Shown one piece after another: positions 1 through 10,829 of a stretch of DNA of 64,000 nt. Within the stretch, counting starts at the first letter, position 1; each line of letters begins with the position of its first letter. The translations under genes were made by a program, and so were the position numbers. The stretch comes from an uncultured Bacilli bacterium (GTDB lineage: Bacteria; Bacillota_I; Bacilli_A; RF39; UBA660), in contig CALWAL010000008.1 of NCBI GenBank assembly GCA_944373145.1, positions 6,358-70,357 of the forward strand. Direction: 5' to 3'. The notes under the pieces were generated by a model. That model was not told where the DNA came from. It saw only the letters and a list, made by a program, of their open reading frames with translations, and ran no database searches.

Positions 1-1865
<1,865 letters not shown>

Positions 1866-1976
1866 AATATCCCTCTATTCTCCTAAAGTATATTCTATCA
1901 AAAAAAGATATATTTGTCATTAATTTTTGAATATTTTTAACTGTTTATACCTATTATATTGTTAAGGAGGAAAGAC

Positions 1977-2543
1977 ATGATTATACCTAATGTCATTGAG
2001 AAAAAACATGGAAATGAACGCGTTTATGATTTATATTCTAGATTACTTGAAGACCGAATTATTCTCTTAACAGGAGAAATTGATGATAATCTTGCTAATA
2101 TTATTGTTAGTGAGTTACTTTATCTAGATTCTGTCAATCATAACGACATCCAGATGTATATTAATTCTCCAGGTGGTAGTGTTACGGCTGGTATGGCAAT
2201 TTACGATACAATGAATTTTATTAAAAGCAAAGTATCAACTATTTGCGTTGGTATCTCCGCTAGCATGGGAGCTTTTCTCTTATCTAGTGGTGAAGTAGGA
2301 TTACGCTACGCATTACCCAATAGTGAAATTATGATCCACCAACCTTTAGGAGGTGCTCAAGGGCAAGCAACCGAAATAAAAATTGCTGCTGAGCATATTT
2401 TAAAATTGCGTGATAAATTAAATAAAATACTTGCTATAAATACCAAGCAGGAACTTCAAAAAATCGAAATTGACACTGATCGCGATTATTTTATGAGTGC
2501 CGATGAAGCATTGAAATACGGTTTAATTGATGAAATATTATAA
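1977..2543 (+). CDS. clpP: ATP-dependent Clp protease proteolytic subunit
   Basis: [52 protein letters not shown] points to ATG at 1977. Confidence 0.97.
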   Translation: MIIPNVIEKKHGNERVYDLYSRLLEDRIILLTGEIDDNLANIIVSELLYLDSVNHNDIQMYINSPGGSVTAGMAIYDTMNFIKSKVSTICVGISASMGAFLLSSGEVGLRYALPNSEIMIHQPLGGAQGQATEIKIAAEHILKLRDKLNKILAINTKQELQKIEIDTDRDYFMSADEALKYGLIDEIL

Positions 2544-2604
2544 AAAAACTTAAGAATGATGATAAACATCCATTTAGGACGCATCACAATCTTAAGTCTT
2601 TTTT
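2544..2604. terminator. Bidirectional terminator between convergent clpP and greA
   Basis: ACTTAAGA...TCTTAAGT inverted repeat flanked by A-run and T-run. Confidence 0.6.
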
Positions 2605-2605
2605 G

Positions 2606-3076
2606 TTATGCTATTTTAACTATTTTAACGTCATAAGTTCCATTTGGACTATCAACAGAAACCTTATCACCAATTTTCATTCCCATAATGGCTTTAGCAA
2701 TTGGTGATTCATTTGAAATCTTATTCAAGAAAGGATCTGCTTCTTTACTACCAACAATTGAATATTCCTCTTGTTCAGCATCATCAACATACTCAATTGT
2801 TACTCTAGTACCAATTGAAACAACATCTTTATTAACATCTTTTATAATAACAGCCTTTTCAACCATTTGTTCAAGTTCTAAAATACGAGCTTCAACAATT
2901 GCTTGCTCGCTTCTAGCTGCATCGTATTCAGCATTTTCACTTAAATCACCTAAGGCACGAGCATCTTTTAAGGCTTGAACAATCTCAGGTCTTTTCTCTA
3001 ATTTTAAATAATTAAGTTCATCTTTTATTTTTTCTAATCCTTCTTCTGTTAAATAAACTTCTTTAGTGTTTGACAT
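2606..3076 (-). CDS. greA: Transcription elongation factor GreA
   Basis: ARALGDLSENAEYDAAR, ISNESPIAKA. Confidence 0.97.
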   Translation of the reverse strand: MSNTKEVYLTEEGLEKIKDELNYLKLEKRPEIVQALKDARALGDLSENAEYDAARSEQAIVEARILELEQMVEKAVIIKDVNKDVVSIGTRVTIEYVDDAEQEEYSIVGSKEADPFLNKISNESPIAKAIMGMKIGDKVSVDSPNGTYDVKIVKIA

Positions 3077-3139
3077 AAAAAATTCACCTATACTTTCTTT
3101 TTCACAATAGCAAAATTCTACTACTTTTTATTTCTTTTG

Positions 3140-4336
3140 TCAACTTCTTTTTATACGAATCATATCATATGAATTTACCTCAATATCAATAGGTAGTTTG
3201 ACTATTTGACGAGGATGTCTTACAACCTCAATTTCACTATTATCTTCATCTATTATTTTATCAATAGTATATGTAATATCCTCGTGTTTAGGACCAAATA
3301 TTTCAACAATATCACCTTTTTGAAAATAATTTCGCTGTTCAACTGTGGCAATACCATTTTCGTATGATTTAATAAGTCCTAAAAAATCTTGATTAGAAAC
3401 TTCTTCACGCCCATTATAATAACTACATTCATTACCATACTCTCCATCAAAAAATTGTGGAACGGAATCACGATTAGCACAGGCTCTTAAGATTTTTTCT
3501 AATTCTTTATTGTAAATATAATGTTCTGGATCATTTAAATAAGCATCAATAACTTTTCGATAAACTGAAACAATTGTAGCAATATAATAAATAGAGCGCA
3601 TTCTTCCTTCAATCTTAAAAGATGTTATACCCATATCAATCATTTCTGGGATATATTTTAATAAAGATAAATCTTTACTACACAAAGTAAATTTTTTATC
3701 ACCCTCAATGATTCGTCCATTTTCATCTAATAAATCAAAGTCCCAACGACATATTTGACTACATCCTCCGCGATTAGCATCACGGTCAGTTAAATAATTA
3801 GATAAAACGCATCGACCACTATAACCAGCACACATCGCTCCATGGATAAACGTTTCAATTTCTATTGGTATGCGTTCAATTATTTCCTTAATTTCCGTTT
3901 TAGAGCACTCACGACCTAAAACAATTCTAGTCACACCTTGCTCTTTAAAAAATTTAACTGCTTCATAGTTAATTGTTGATTGTTGAGTAGATAAATGAAT
4001 CTCCAAATTAGTACATTCACGAGCCTTTTCAATCACGTAAGGATCACTAACAATAATTGCATCAATACCAGTTTCTTCAATCTTTTTTAAGTAATCTTCT
4101 AATAATTCGGCCTCTTTATTATGTAAAACAATATTGACTGTAACATAAACCTTTTTACCAATTTTATGAGCGTAATTAGCAGCTTCTTTCATTTCTTCAA
4201 AAGTAAAATTAATAGCATTCGCTCGAAGGCCAAAAGCTGGTCCACCAAAGTAAACTGCATCAGCTCCGTAATGAAAAGCTACTTTTAATCTTTCTAAATC
4301 GCCGGCGGGCGCTAATAACTCTGGTTTATTTTTCAT
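3140..4336 (-). CDS. Peptidase U32 family protein (YrrO/TrhP2-like, tRNA hydroxylation)
   Basis: KPELLAPAG, FIHGAMCAGYSGRCVLSNY, RDANRGGCSQICRW, SFKIEGRM. Confidence 0.9.
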   Translation of the reverse strand: MKNKPELLAPAGDLERLKVAFHYGADAVYFGGPAFGLRANAINFTFEEMKEAANYAHKIGKKVYVTVNIVLHNKEAELLEDYLKKIEETGIDAIIVSDPYVIEKARECTNLEIHLSTQQSTINYEAVKFFKEQGVTRIVLGRECSKTEIKEIIERIPIEIETFIHGAMCAGYSGRCVLSNYLTDRDANRGGCSQICRWDFDLLDENGRIIEGDKKFTLCSKDLSLLKYIPEMIDMGITSFKIEGRMRSIYYIATIVSVYRKVIDAYLNDPEHYIYNKELEKILRACANRDSVPQFFDGEYGNECSYYNGREEVSNQDFLGLIKSYENGIATVEQRNYFQKGDIVEIFGPKHEDITYTIDKIIDEDNSEIEVVRHPRQIVKLPIDIEVNSYDMIRIKRS

Positions 4337-5192
4337 TTTTCTTCACCTGATAAATTGCTTCTTTATATATAAATCCTAAATCAGTATTATCAAATAACTG
4401 ATCTATTTTATTTTTAAATTCATCTTTATTTTTTTCATTAACATTATTAAATAAATCAATTACTTGTAAAAAAAGTTGAATATTAATTTTAAACCCATTC
4501 AATAAAATATAAGCAACATCCATAGTTCCATATTCTTCAATCGCATTTAAAATAAAATAGGAATAAATTTCTGTGTTATCTTTACGCTCTAAAATAGGAT
4601 ATTTTTTTTCTTCCTTATAAATATAAAAATCTTTGCTATCTGTTTTTAATTTAAAATGTTCTAAATAGTTTTTGATAGCATGGCGTTTTGAAATATACAT
4701 AGGTACATAACCAAATGCTTGTACAATAAGAGGTATTTTGCTATGTTCTTTAATTACAGTTACTTCTTCTTTAGTTATTTCATTTGATAAAAAGACATAT
4801 GACAAATTAAACTTTGACCAATAATTAATCGTATTATAATTAGTAGCTAAATGTTCTGCACTCCATACTAATGGGATTTGCAGTTTTAATTCTCGATGAA
4901 TATTTAAAACACCAACATCACAATAAAAAATGCCATCAATTCTCAACTCTTCAAATTTAATTAAAGCTTTTCGAACATTCTCTAAATCATTATTATGCAT
5001 ATTTTTATTTAGTGACACAAATAATTTTTTATTTTGATTATGAATGTCTATTAAAATATGTTCAATTTGTTCTAAATCTAATTCTAAAAAATTAACCGAT
5101 AAATCTCTAAGACCAACAGCAATACTATCAACATGTCCAATAATATTTGTTATATCTTCATAGCAATTTGGAATCACCATTAATTTAGCCAT
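4326..5192 (-). CDS. Peptidase U32 family partner subunit (YrrN/TrhP1-like)
   Basis: LSNEIT, VQAFGYVPMYISKR; overlaps start of the U32 gene as in the Bacillus yrrN-yrrO pair. Confidence 0.75.
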   Translation of the reverse strand: MAKLMVIPNCYEDITNIIGHVDSIAVGLRDLSVNFLELDLEQIEHILIDIHNQNKKLFVSLNKNMHNNDLENVRKALIKFEELRIDGIFYCDVGVLNIHRELKLQIPLVWSAEHLATNYNTINYWSKFNLSYVFLSNEITKEEVTVIKEHSKIPLIVQAFGYVPMYISKRHAIKNYLEHFKLKTDSKDFYIYKEEKKYPILERKDNTEIYSYFILNAIEEYGTMDVAYILLNGFKINIQLFLQVIDLFNNVNEKNKDEFKNKIDQLFDNTDLGFIYKEAIYQVKKNEK

Positions 5193-5233
5193 TATATACT
5201 CTCCTATCTAAAAAAATAAAAGTTATATTAACT

Positions 5234-5261
5234 ATAAAAAAGGCGACTTTCCTCAAGTCGC
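5234..5261 (-). terminator. Intrinsic terminator hairpin
   Basis: Minus strand GCGACTT-GAGGA-AAGTCGC followed by C and a U-run. Confidence 0.65.
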
Positions 5262-5265
5262 ATAC

Positions 5266-5294
5266 ATATTATCACAAACGCAAAATATTGTCAA
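5266..5294 (-). promoter_or_regulatory. Sigma-A-type promoter
   Basis: TTGACA-17 bp-TAATAT with TG extension. Confidence 0.55.
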
Positions 5295-5305
5295 ATTAAA
5301 ATTAT

Positions 5306-5740
5306 TTAAGCGCGATAAGCATCATCACCGCCAGTACTTGGCTGACAGCCGCTATTATATAACATACATTCTAAGCAAGCACTAACTGAATCTTTTTCAC
5401 TAGCATCAGCAGCTTTCATGATAACAAATTTGCCTATACCTGCCACAAAGAATACCAAAGCAGCTGCAATAAATTTTTTTATCAATTTATTTTTTGCCTT
5501 TTTAATATCATCAGCGGAACCACCCGTTAGGGCTTTTAATAATGCTACAATGCTAAAAATAATTAAAATAATTGGGGTTCCAATAATAAGTAAAGTATAA
5601 ACTATACTTATTAATTGTGGTACAGCCGCTGGAATTCCTTCAGCATTTCCACAAGCTACATACTCTAAATCAGCTGCATTAACCAAATTAGAATTAAACA
5701 TTAAAAACAACAATATTAATAAAAATATTACCTTTTTCAT
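5306..5740 (-). CDS. Orphan VirB2/TrbC-like pilin paralogue
   Basis: Signal peptide (VNA|AD), ACGN, two hydrophobic helices flanking DDIKKAKNKLIKKFIAAALVFF, C-terminal CLEC...C; same pattern as genes at 27-33 kb. Confidence 0.6.
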   Translation of the reverse strand: MKKVIFLLILLFLMFNSNLVNAADLEYVACGNAEGIPAAVPQLISIVYTLLIIGTPIILIIFSIVALLKALTGGSADDIKKAKNKLIKKFIAAALVFFVAGIGKFVIMKAADASEKDSVSACLECMLYNSGCQPSTGGDDAYRA

Positions 5741-5767
5741 AAATCACCATCTTTGTTATTTATTATA

Positions 5768-5796
5768 TCATAAAAAAGACATAACTAAAATATATT
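5768..5796 (+). promoter_or_regulatory. Putative sigma-E promoter of gerQ
   Basis: TCATA...16 nt after ATA...AATATATT resembles SigE consensus (ATA-16/18-cATAcanT); AT-rich background lowers specificity. Confidence 0.4.
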
Positions 5797-5816
5797 TAAA
5801 AAGAAAGGATGATATT

Positions 5817-6122
5817 ATGAATAATAATTATGGTAATATTTCACCATATACACCTGCTCAAATTTTAAATGAGCAATCGTATATTGAAAATATATTACGT
5901 TTGAATAAGGGTAAAAAAGTTGAAATATATATGTCTTTTCCTGATTCAATCGAATGGAAAGATCGCGTTTTTCGCGGAATAATTGAGGCCTCTGGAAAAG
6001 ATCATATCATTTTGAGCGATCCTACTAATGGTAATTGGTATTTACTCGTTTTAATATATGTAGATTATATTAAATTCGATGAAAGTATTAATACTAGTGA
6101 AATCTTCTATCCTGACATATAA
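5817..6122 (+). CDS. gerQ: Spore coat protein GerQ
   Basis: EQSYIENILRLNKGK...FRGIIEASGKDHIILSDP...YVDYIKFDE. Confidence 0.9.
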   Translation: MNNNYGNISPYTPAQILNEQSYIENILRLNKGKKVEIYMSFPDSIEWKDRVFRGIIEASGKDHIILSDPTNGNWYLLVLIYVDYIKFDESINTSEIFYPDI

Positions 6123-6171
6123 TCTTGTAAAAGTTACCTTTATTTGCTATAATTTTTATAGGTGAGATAGT

Positions 6172-6732
6172 ATGGAGATGTTCATTCCTATTATAGTATT
6201 AATCATTGTTGTTATTATTGTAACTATTTATATTGTTAATCGTGATCGTTTTAAAGAGAATATTATTCGCTTAAACGAAGCTGATGCAAGCATTGATGCT
6301 GTTTTAAATAAAAGATTTGATTTATTAAAAAAAGCTGAAGAAATTATTGATAAAGAAGTTAATAAAGACAAAGAAAATGAAGAAAAAATTGAAGTTATGC
6401 ACACAATTGTGGAAATTCGTTCAAAAAACTTGTCAAAATTTGAATTCGATAATAGCTTATACAAGGCAATTGATGAACTAAATAAATATAGTGAAGAATA
6501 TAGTGAATTAAAAAAAGATAATGAATTTGTTAAAATTCAAGTTAATTTAATTGAATCAGAATCCGAAATTTTAGCGCTTCGTAAATACTATAATGATATA
6601 AGTAAAACTTACAACAAACTATTGCAATCATTTCCTGCTAGTATTATAGGTTTCTTCAAACGATATAAAAAAATGCAATATTTTGATATTAAAGATTCCG
6701 AGAAAGAAGTATTAGAAGAGTTGAAAGCATAA
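6172..6732 (+). CDS. LemA family protein
   Basis: N-terminal TM, IDAVLNKRFDLL, ESEILALRKYYND, LLQSFPASIIG. Confidence 0.8.
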   Translation: MEMFIPIIVLIIVVIIVTIYIVNRDRFKENIIRLNEADASIDAVLNKRFDLLKKAEEIIDKEVNKDKENEEKIEVMHTIVEIRSKNLSKFEFDNSLYKAIDELNKYSEEYSELKKDNEFVKIQVNLIESESEILALRKYYNDISKTYNKLLQSFPASIIGFFKRYKKMQYFDIKDSEKEVLEELKA

Positions 6733-6747
6733 AAAATCAGTGTGATT

Positions 6748-7185
6748 TCATTCCACTGATTTTTTTTTAAATATTGTTCTTAATATAATGTAAATAAAAA
6801 TTAAACCGACAATTCCTAGGGAAATAGCAATAATTGACTGATTATTTTCAATTTGAGTTTGAGTTTTATTTAAAACTTCTTGAGTATCATTAATCTTAAT
6901 AATTAATTCTCCCTCTTTAGAATACAAATAATTTTCTCTGGCAAATTTAGCTAAATATTCTGGATCTTGTAATTTAGTAATTTCAATTTTTAAATCATCC
7001 GCTTCTTCTTGTAGCTGTAAAAGATCTCTTTTTAAGATTTCCTTTTCTTTTGTTAATTGATAAAGATTGGCACTATATTTAAAAAAAGAAAAAACAAAAG
7101 CTATAATTACTATAATACTTAAAGAGCCAAAAACCACTAAGCGAGTCTTAGCCGCTTTAGTCATCGGTCGTCTACGTTTTGCCAT
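6748..7185 (-). CDS. divIC: Septum formation initiator DivIC/FtsB family
   Basis: Basic N-terminus, TM, coiled coil, LQDPEYLAKFARENYLYSKEGE; downstream of yabP-yabQ as in Bacillus. Confidence 0.8.
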   Translation of the reverse strand: MAKRRRPMTKAAKTRLVVFGSLSIIVIIAFVFSFFKYSANLYQLTKEKEILKRDLLQLQEEADDLKIEITKLQDPEYLAKFARENYLYSKEGELIIKINDTQEVLNKTQTQIENNQSIIAISLGIVGLIFIYIILRTIFKKKSVE

Positions 7186-7206
7186 ACTATCACCAATATC
7201 ATAATA

Positions 7207-7482
7207 TCATTTTTTTATTTTATTTGCAATCAATGAGCATAGATAAAAAGTGACAAAAATTACAAGCAAAGAATAAGTATGAAAAATACCATCAACCATT
7301 ATTTCTAATAAAAAGAAATAAAATAATGCTAAGCCAACTGTAAAACTAAAAGTATTTATACACCTAAAAAATAATGTATTACAATAAATAGCTTTTTTAA
7401 ACATATGAAAAATTATATATATAAAAATTCCATATCCAAGTGATAAAGATATTATTTTTAGTTGAATATTTAAAGGAATCAT
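7207..7482 (-). CDS. yabQ: Spore cortex biosynthesis protein YabQ-like (short)
   Basis: MIPLNIQL start, three TM helices, syntenic between yabP and divIC. Confidence 0.6.
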   Translation of the reverse strand: MIPLNIQLKIISLSLGYGIFIYIIFHMFKKAIYCNTLFFRCINTFSFTVGLALFYFFLLEIMVDGIFHTYSLLVIFVTFYLCSLIANKIKK

Positions 7483-7760
7483 TTAAATAATTTTGTAAAA
7501 AAGCTATCTTCTTTATCTTTTTTAGAACTTTCAGTATAAGTTAAACTGTTAAAATTACCTTTAATTGAGATACTACCTTGATATGTATCCAACTTAATTA
7601 TTTCCAAATCAGTACCTTTCACTAATAAATATCCTAAAGTTGTTTCAATTAAGAATTCTTGGTCATCAAAATTATCAATTTTTTTAACACCACTAATAAC
7701 TATATTTTTGCGTTCTGTCATATTTATATTATGACTAAATGAAGCAATTTCTTTATCCAT
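7479..7760 (-). CDS. yabP: Sporulation protein YabP
   Basis: ERKNIVISGVKKIDNFDDQEFLIETTLGYLLVKGTDL...SFFTKLFK. Confidence 0.92.
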   Translation of the reverse strand: MDKEIASFSHNINMTERKNIVISGVKKIDNFDDQEFLIETTLGYLLVKGTDLEIIKLDTYQGSISIKGNFNSLTYTESSKKDKEDSFFTKLFK

Positions 7761-7773
7761 AGTATCACCTAAT

Positions 7774-7803
7774 AATATATATGCTCCATATCCTTAATTA
7801 TGA
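7774..7803 (-). promoter_or_regulatory. Putative sigma-E promoter of yabP-yabQ
   Basis: TCATAAT-TAAGGATATGGAG-CATATATATT upstream of AGGTGA RBS; yabP is SigE-dependent in B. subtilis. Confidence 0.5.
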
Positions 7804-7828
7804 AAAAAGAGAACTTTTAAGTTCTCTT
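7803..7828 (-). terminator. spoVG terminator
   Basis: AAGAGAACT-loop-AGTTCTCTT hairpin followed by a U-run on the minus strand. Confidence 0.7.
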
Positions 7829-8090
7829 ACTCAGATTCTACTTTATTGTATTCTGCAAAAATTGCATCTTCAAACATTTTTCTTGTTTCGGCATTAATTG
7901 GATGCGCTATATCGTGATATACCCCATCAGCATTTTTACGACTTGGCATTGCAATAAATAAGCCATCGTTTCCTTCGATGATTCTAATGTCACGTACTAC
8001 AAAACACTCATCGATTCTAACTGAAGCAATCCCTTTCATTCTTGATTCTTCGTTGTCAAATTTTTTGACATCTACAGATGTAATTTGCAT
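7827..8090 (-). CDS. spoVG: Septation regulator SpoVG
   Basis: MQITSVDV...GLFIAMPSRK...DIAHPINAETR. Confidence 0.97.
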   Translation of the reverse strand: MQITSVDVKKFDNEESRMKGIASVRIDECFVVRDIRIIEGNDGLFIAMPSRKNADGVYHDIAHPINAETRKMFEDAIFAEYNKVESE

Positions 8091-8175
8091 TTAAGCACAC
8101 TCCCTTCGCTAGTTTTACAACTTAAGTATATAATATTTTAGAATTGAATGCAAGTATTTAATTAATATTTTAAAT

Positions 8176-8616
8176 TTAATATTTTTGTTTTAATTGTTTA
8201 TTCATTTCTCTTTCCATATCACGTTTTTTTATTGTCTCACGTTTATCGTAATTTTTTTTACCTCGAGCTATTCCTAATAAAACTTTTGCTTTGTTTTTAC
8301 TAAAATATATTTTTATTGGTATTAAAGTATAACCATCTTGATTAATTTTATCTCTTATCTTAAAAATTTCTTTTTTATGTAATAATAATTTACGTGTTCG
8401 TGTTTCCTCATGATTAAAAATATTCCCCTGTTCATAGGCACTTATGTGCATATTAAGCAAATATATTTCATCATTTTTAACAATCGCATAACTATCCTTA
8501 AGTTGTGCTTTACCATTACGAATTGATTTAATTTCAGTTCCTTTTAATACAATACCAGCTTCATATGTATCTTCAATTTCGTAATCATATTTAGCTTTAC
8601 GATTAGTTAACTCCAT
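8176..8616 (-). CDS. smpB: SsrA-binding protein SmpB
   Basis: [44 protein letters not shown]. Confidence 0.97.
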   Translation of the reverse strand: MELTNRKAKYDYEIEDTYEAGIVLKGTEIKSIRNGKAQLKDSYAIVKNDEIYLLNMHISAYEQGNIFNHEETRTRKLLLHKKEIFKIRDKINQDGYTLIPIKIYFSKNKAKVLLGIARGKKNYDKRETIKKRDMEREMNKQLKQKY

Positions 8617-8650
8617 ATGGAACCTCCTTGTTTTATTTTATATTAATGTA

Positions 8651-10759
8651 CTATTTTTTCAAGATAAAATCAACTGTATGATTTTCTTTGCTAGCATTAG
8701 AAACAACAACGTCAACTTCATCGCCCAATCTAAACCCACGTTTATTCTTATTTCCTATTAAAGAAAAAGTGCTTTCATCATAAGTATAAAAATCATCATC
8801 TAAATCTTCAATCTTGACTAAACCTTCAATCATATTTGGTAATTGAACAAAGAAGCCAAAACTCTGAACACCAGTAATAATTCCCTTAAACTCTTCACCA
8901 ATATGTTTTTCCATATATTCAGCCATTTTCATATCATCAACATCACGTTCACACTCAATAGCAGCTCTCTCCATTTCTGATGAACGTGCAGCAAAAATAG
9001 GTAATTTACGTTCCCAAGATTGAATAACCTCTAAACTTGGATGTTCTTCTAACAAACATTTACGAATTGAACGATGAACTGTTAAATCAGGATAACGTCT
9101 AATCGGCGAAGTAAAGTGGCAATAAATTTTACTTGCTAAACCAAAATGACCAATATTTTTAACATCATATACCGCTTTTTGCATACTTCTTAACATTTGA
9201 CTCGATAAAATATAATATTCTTTTTTATCTTTTAATTGTTCTAAAATATTTTGAATAACTTTAGGTGTAATTCTTTTTAAATTTGCATTAACTTTATAGC
9301 CTAAAACACTAACTAAACGCATAAAAGTTTGCATCTTTTCTTCACTAGGCTCACCATGAATACGATAAATAAGTGGATAATTTAAATGATAAAAATGCGT
9401 TGCTACTGTTTCATTGGCTGCAATCATAAAATCCTCAATGATTTTTTCTCCTACACCTCGATTACGTAATTGAACGTCAATCGCTTCTCCCGATTCATTA
9501 ACAATGATTTTAGCTTCTTCTATTTCAAAATCAATATACCCACGATTAACTTTATGTTTACGTAAAATATCAGCTAATTCACTCATTAAGTGTAATTTAT
9601 CGACATATGGTTCATAACCATCAGGTATAATATTTTGCTCTAAAATCAAATTTACTTTTTCATAAGTCATTTGAATACGAGAACGAATTACACTATCAAA
9701 TATATCATAATCACATACATAACCATTCTCATCAATTTCCATAATACATGAAATTGCTAAACGATCAACATTGGGATTTAAAGAACATATTCCATTTGAT
9801 AATTCATGTGGTAACATTGGTGTAACTCGATCAGCCAAATAAACACTTGTCCCACGAGTTGCAGCTTCCTTATCAAGTTCACTACCTTCTTTAACGTAAA
9901 AGCTAACATCTGCAATATGTACACCTAATTTATAATGGCCATTTTCTAATTTATCAATGGAAATGGCATCATCAATATCTTTAGTATCATTCCCGTCAAT
10001 AGTAAAAATTATCTCATTGCGCAAATCTTGCTTAGGATCACGTACCCTTTTTTGAATATCTTCGACGCTAACAACATCAGTTATCTTTGATACTTCTTCT
10101 AAAACACTTTTTGGGAATTCATCATTAATGCCATGTTCAGCCATAATTGATAATATATCAACGCCAGGATCATTAATATGTCCAATAACTTTGATAATTT
10201 CACCGCGATATTCACGATCTTTAGTTGGGGATAATAACTTGACAATTACTTTATGACCATCAACTAAATTTAAATGATTATTAACGTCAATTTTGACATA
10301 TTTGTCAATTTTACGATCATCTGGTTTGACGAAAATATTACCTTTGATATATTTTACTGTACCGACTAACTGTTTAATTCCTCTTTCAACAATTCTGACA
10401 ACTTCTCCCAACATAGGAATTGTATTTTTGTCAATTATATTTACAATTACTTTATCTTTGTGAATAGCTCCATTTAGTTTCTCTTCAAAGACTTTAATTT
10501 CTTCTCCATTATCTTGCATCACGAAACCTGTTCCTCGGCTCGTTATAGAAATAATTCCTACCCGCGAATTACTATCTTCAAACATCATATAATTATTACT
10601 TTTTGTCCGATATAATTTTACTTCCCTCTCTAATTTATCTAATACTTTTAATAAATTTTTTAAATCATCAATAGATGATAGATTGAGCGCTAATTCAAGT
10701 TCATGAACACTAAGAGCCCTCTTTTCTTTCTTTAATACATCTAGTATTTGCTCTTCCAT
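8651..10759 (-). CDS. rnr: Ribonuclease R
   Basis: FTIDGNDTKDIDDAIS, HFTSPIRRYPDL, C-terminal S1; upstream of smpB. Confidence 0.96.
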   Translation of the reverse strand: MEEQILDVLKKEKRALSVHELELALNLSSIDDLKNLLKVLDKLEREVKLYRTKSNNYMMFEDSNSRVGIISITSRGTGFVMQDNGEEIKVFEEKLNGAIHKDKVIVNIIDKNTIPMLGEVVRIVERGIKQLVGTVKYIKGNIFVKPDDRKIDKYVKIDVNNHLNLVDGHKVIVKLLSPTKDREYRGEIIKVIGHINDPGVDILSIMAEHGINDEFPKSVLEEVSKITDVVSVEDIQKRVRDPKQDLRNEIIFTIDGNDTKDIDDAISIDKLENGHYKLGVHIADVSFYVKEGSELDKEAATRGTSVYLADRVTPMLPHELSNGICSLNPNVDRLAISCIMEIDENGYVCDYDIFDSVIRSRIQMTYEKVNLILEQNIIPDGYEPYVDKLHLMSELADILRKHKVNRGYIDFEIEEAKIIVNESGEAIDVQLRNRGVGEKIIEDFMIAANETVATHFYHLNYPLIYRIHGEPSEEKMQTFMRLVSVLGYKVNANLKRITPKVIQNILEQLKDKKEYYILSSQMLRSMQKAVYDVKNIGHFGLASKIYCHFTSPIRRYPDLTVHRSIRKCLLEEHPSLEVIQSWERKLPIFAARSSEMERAAIECERDVDDMKMAEYMEKHIGEEFKGIITGVQSFGFFVQLPNMIEGLVKIEDLDDDFYTYDESTFSLIGNKNKRGFRLGDEVDVVVSNASKENHTVDFILKK

Positions 10760-10829
10760 TATATCACCATTACCATTATACTATAAATACTTTAAAATTT
10801 CTACTAAAGAAAAAAGCACAAATGTGCTT

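Noticed and set aside
1929..1960. SigG-like promoter upstream of clpP (GAATA-18-TATTATA)
   Set aside because: Match is too weak against an AT-rich background
8091..8650. tmRNA (ssrA) next to smpB
   Set aside because: Flanking intergenic spaces are too short and lack the GGGG..GGATTCGAC 5' signature
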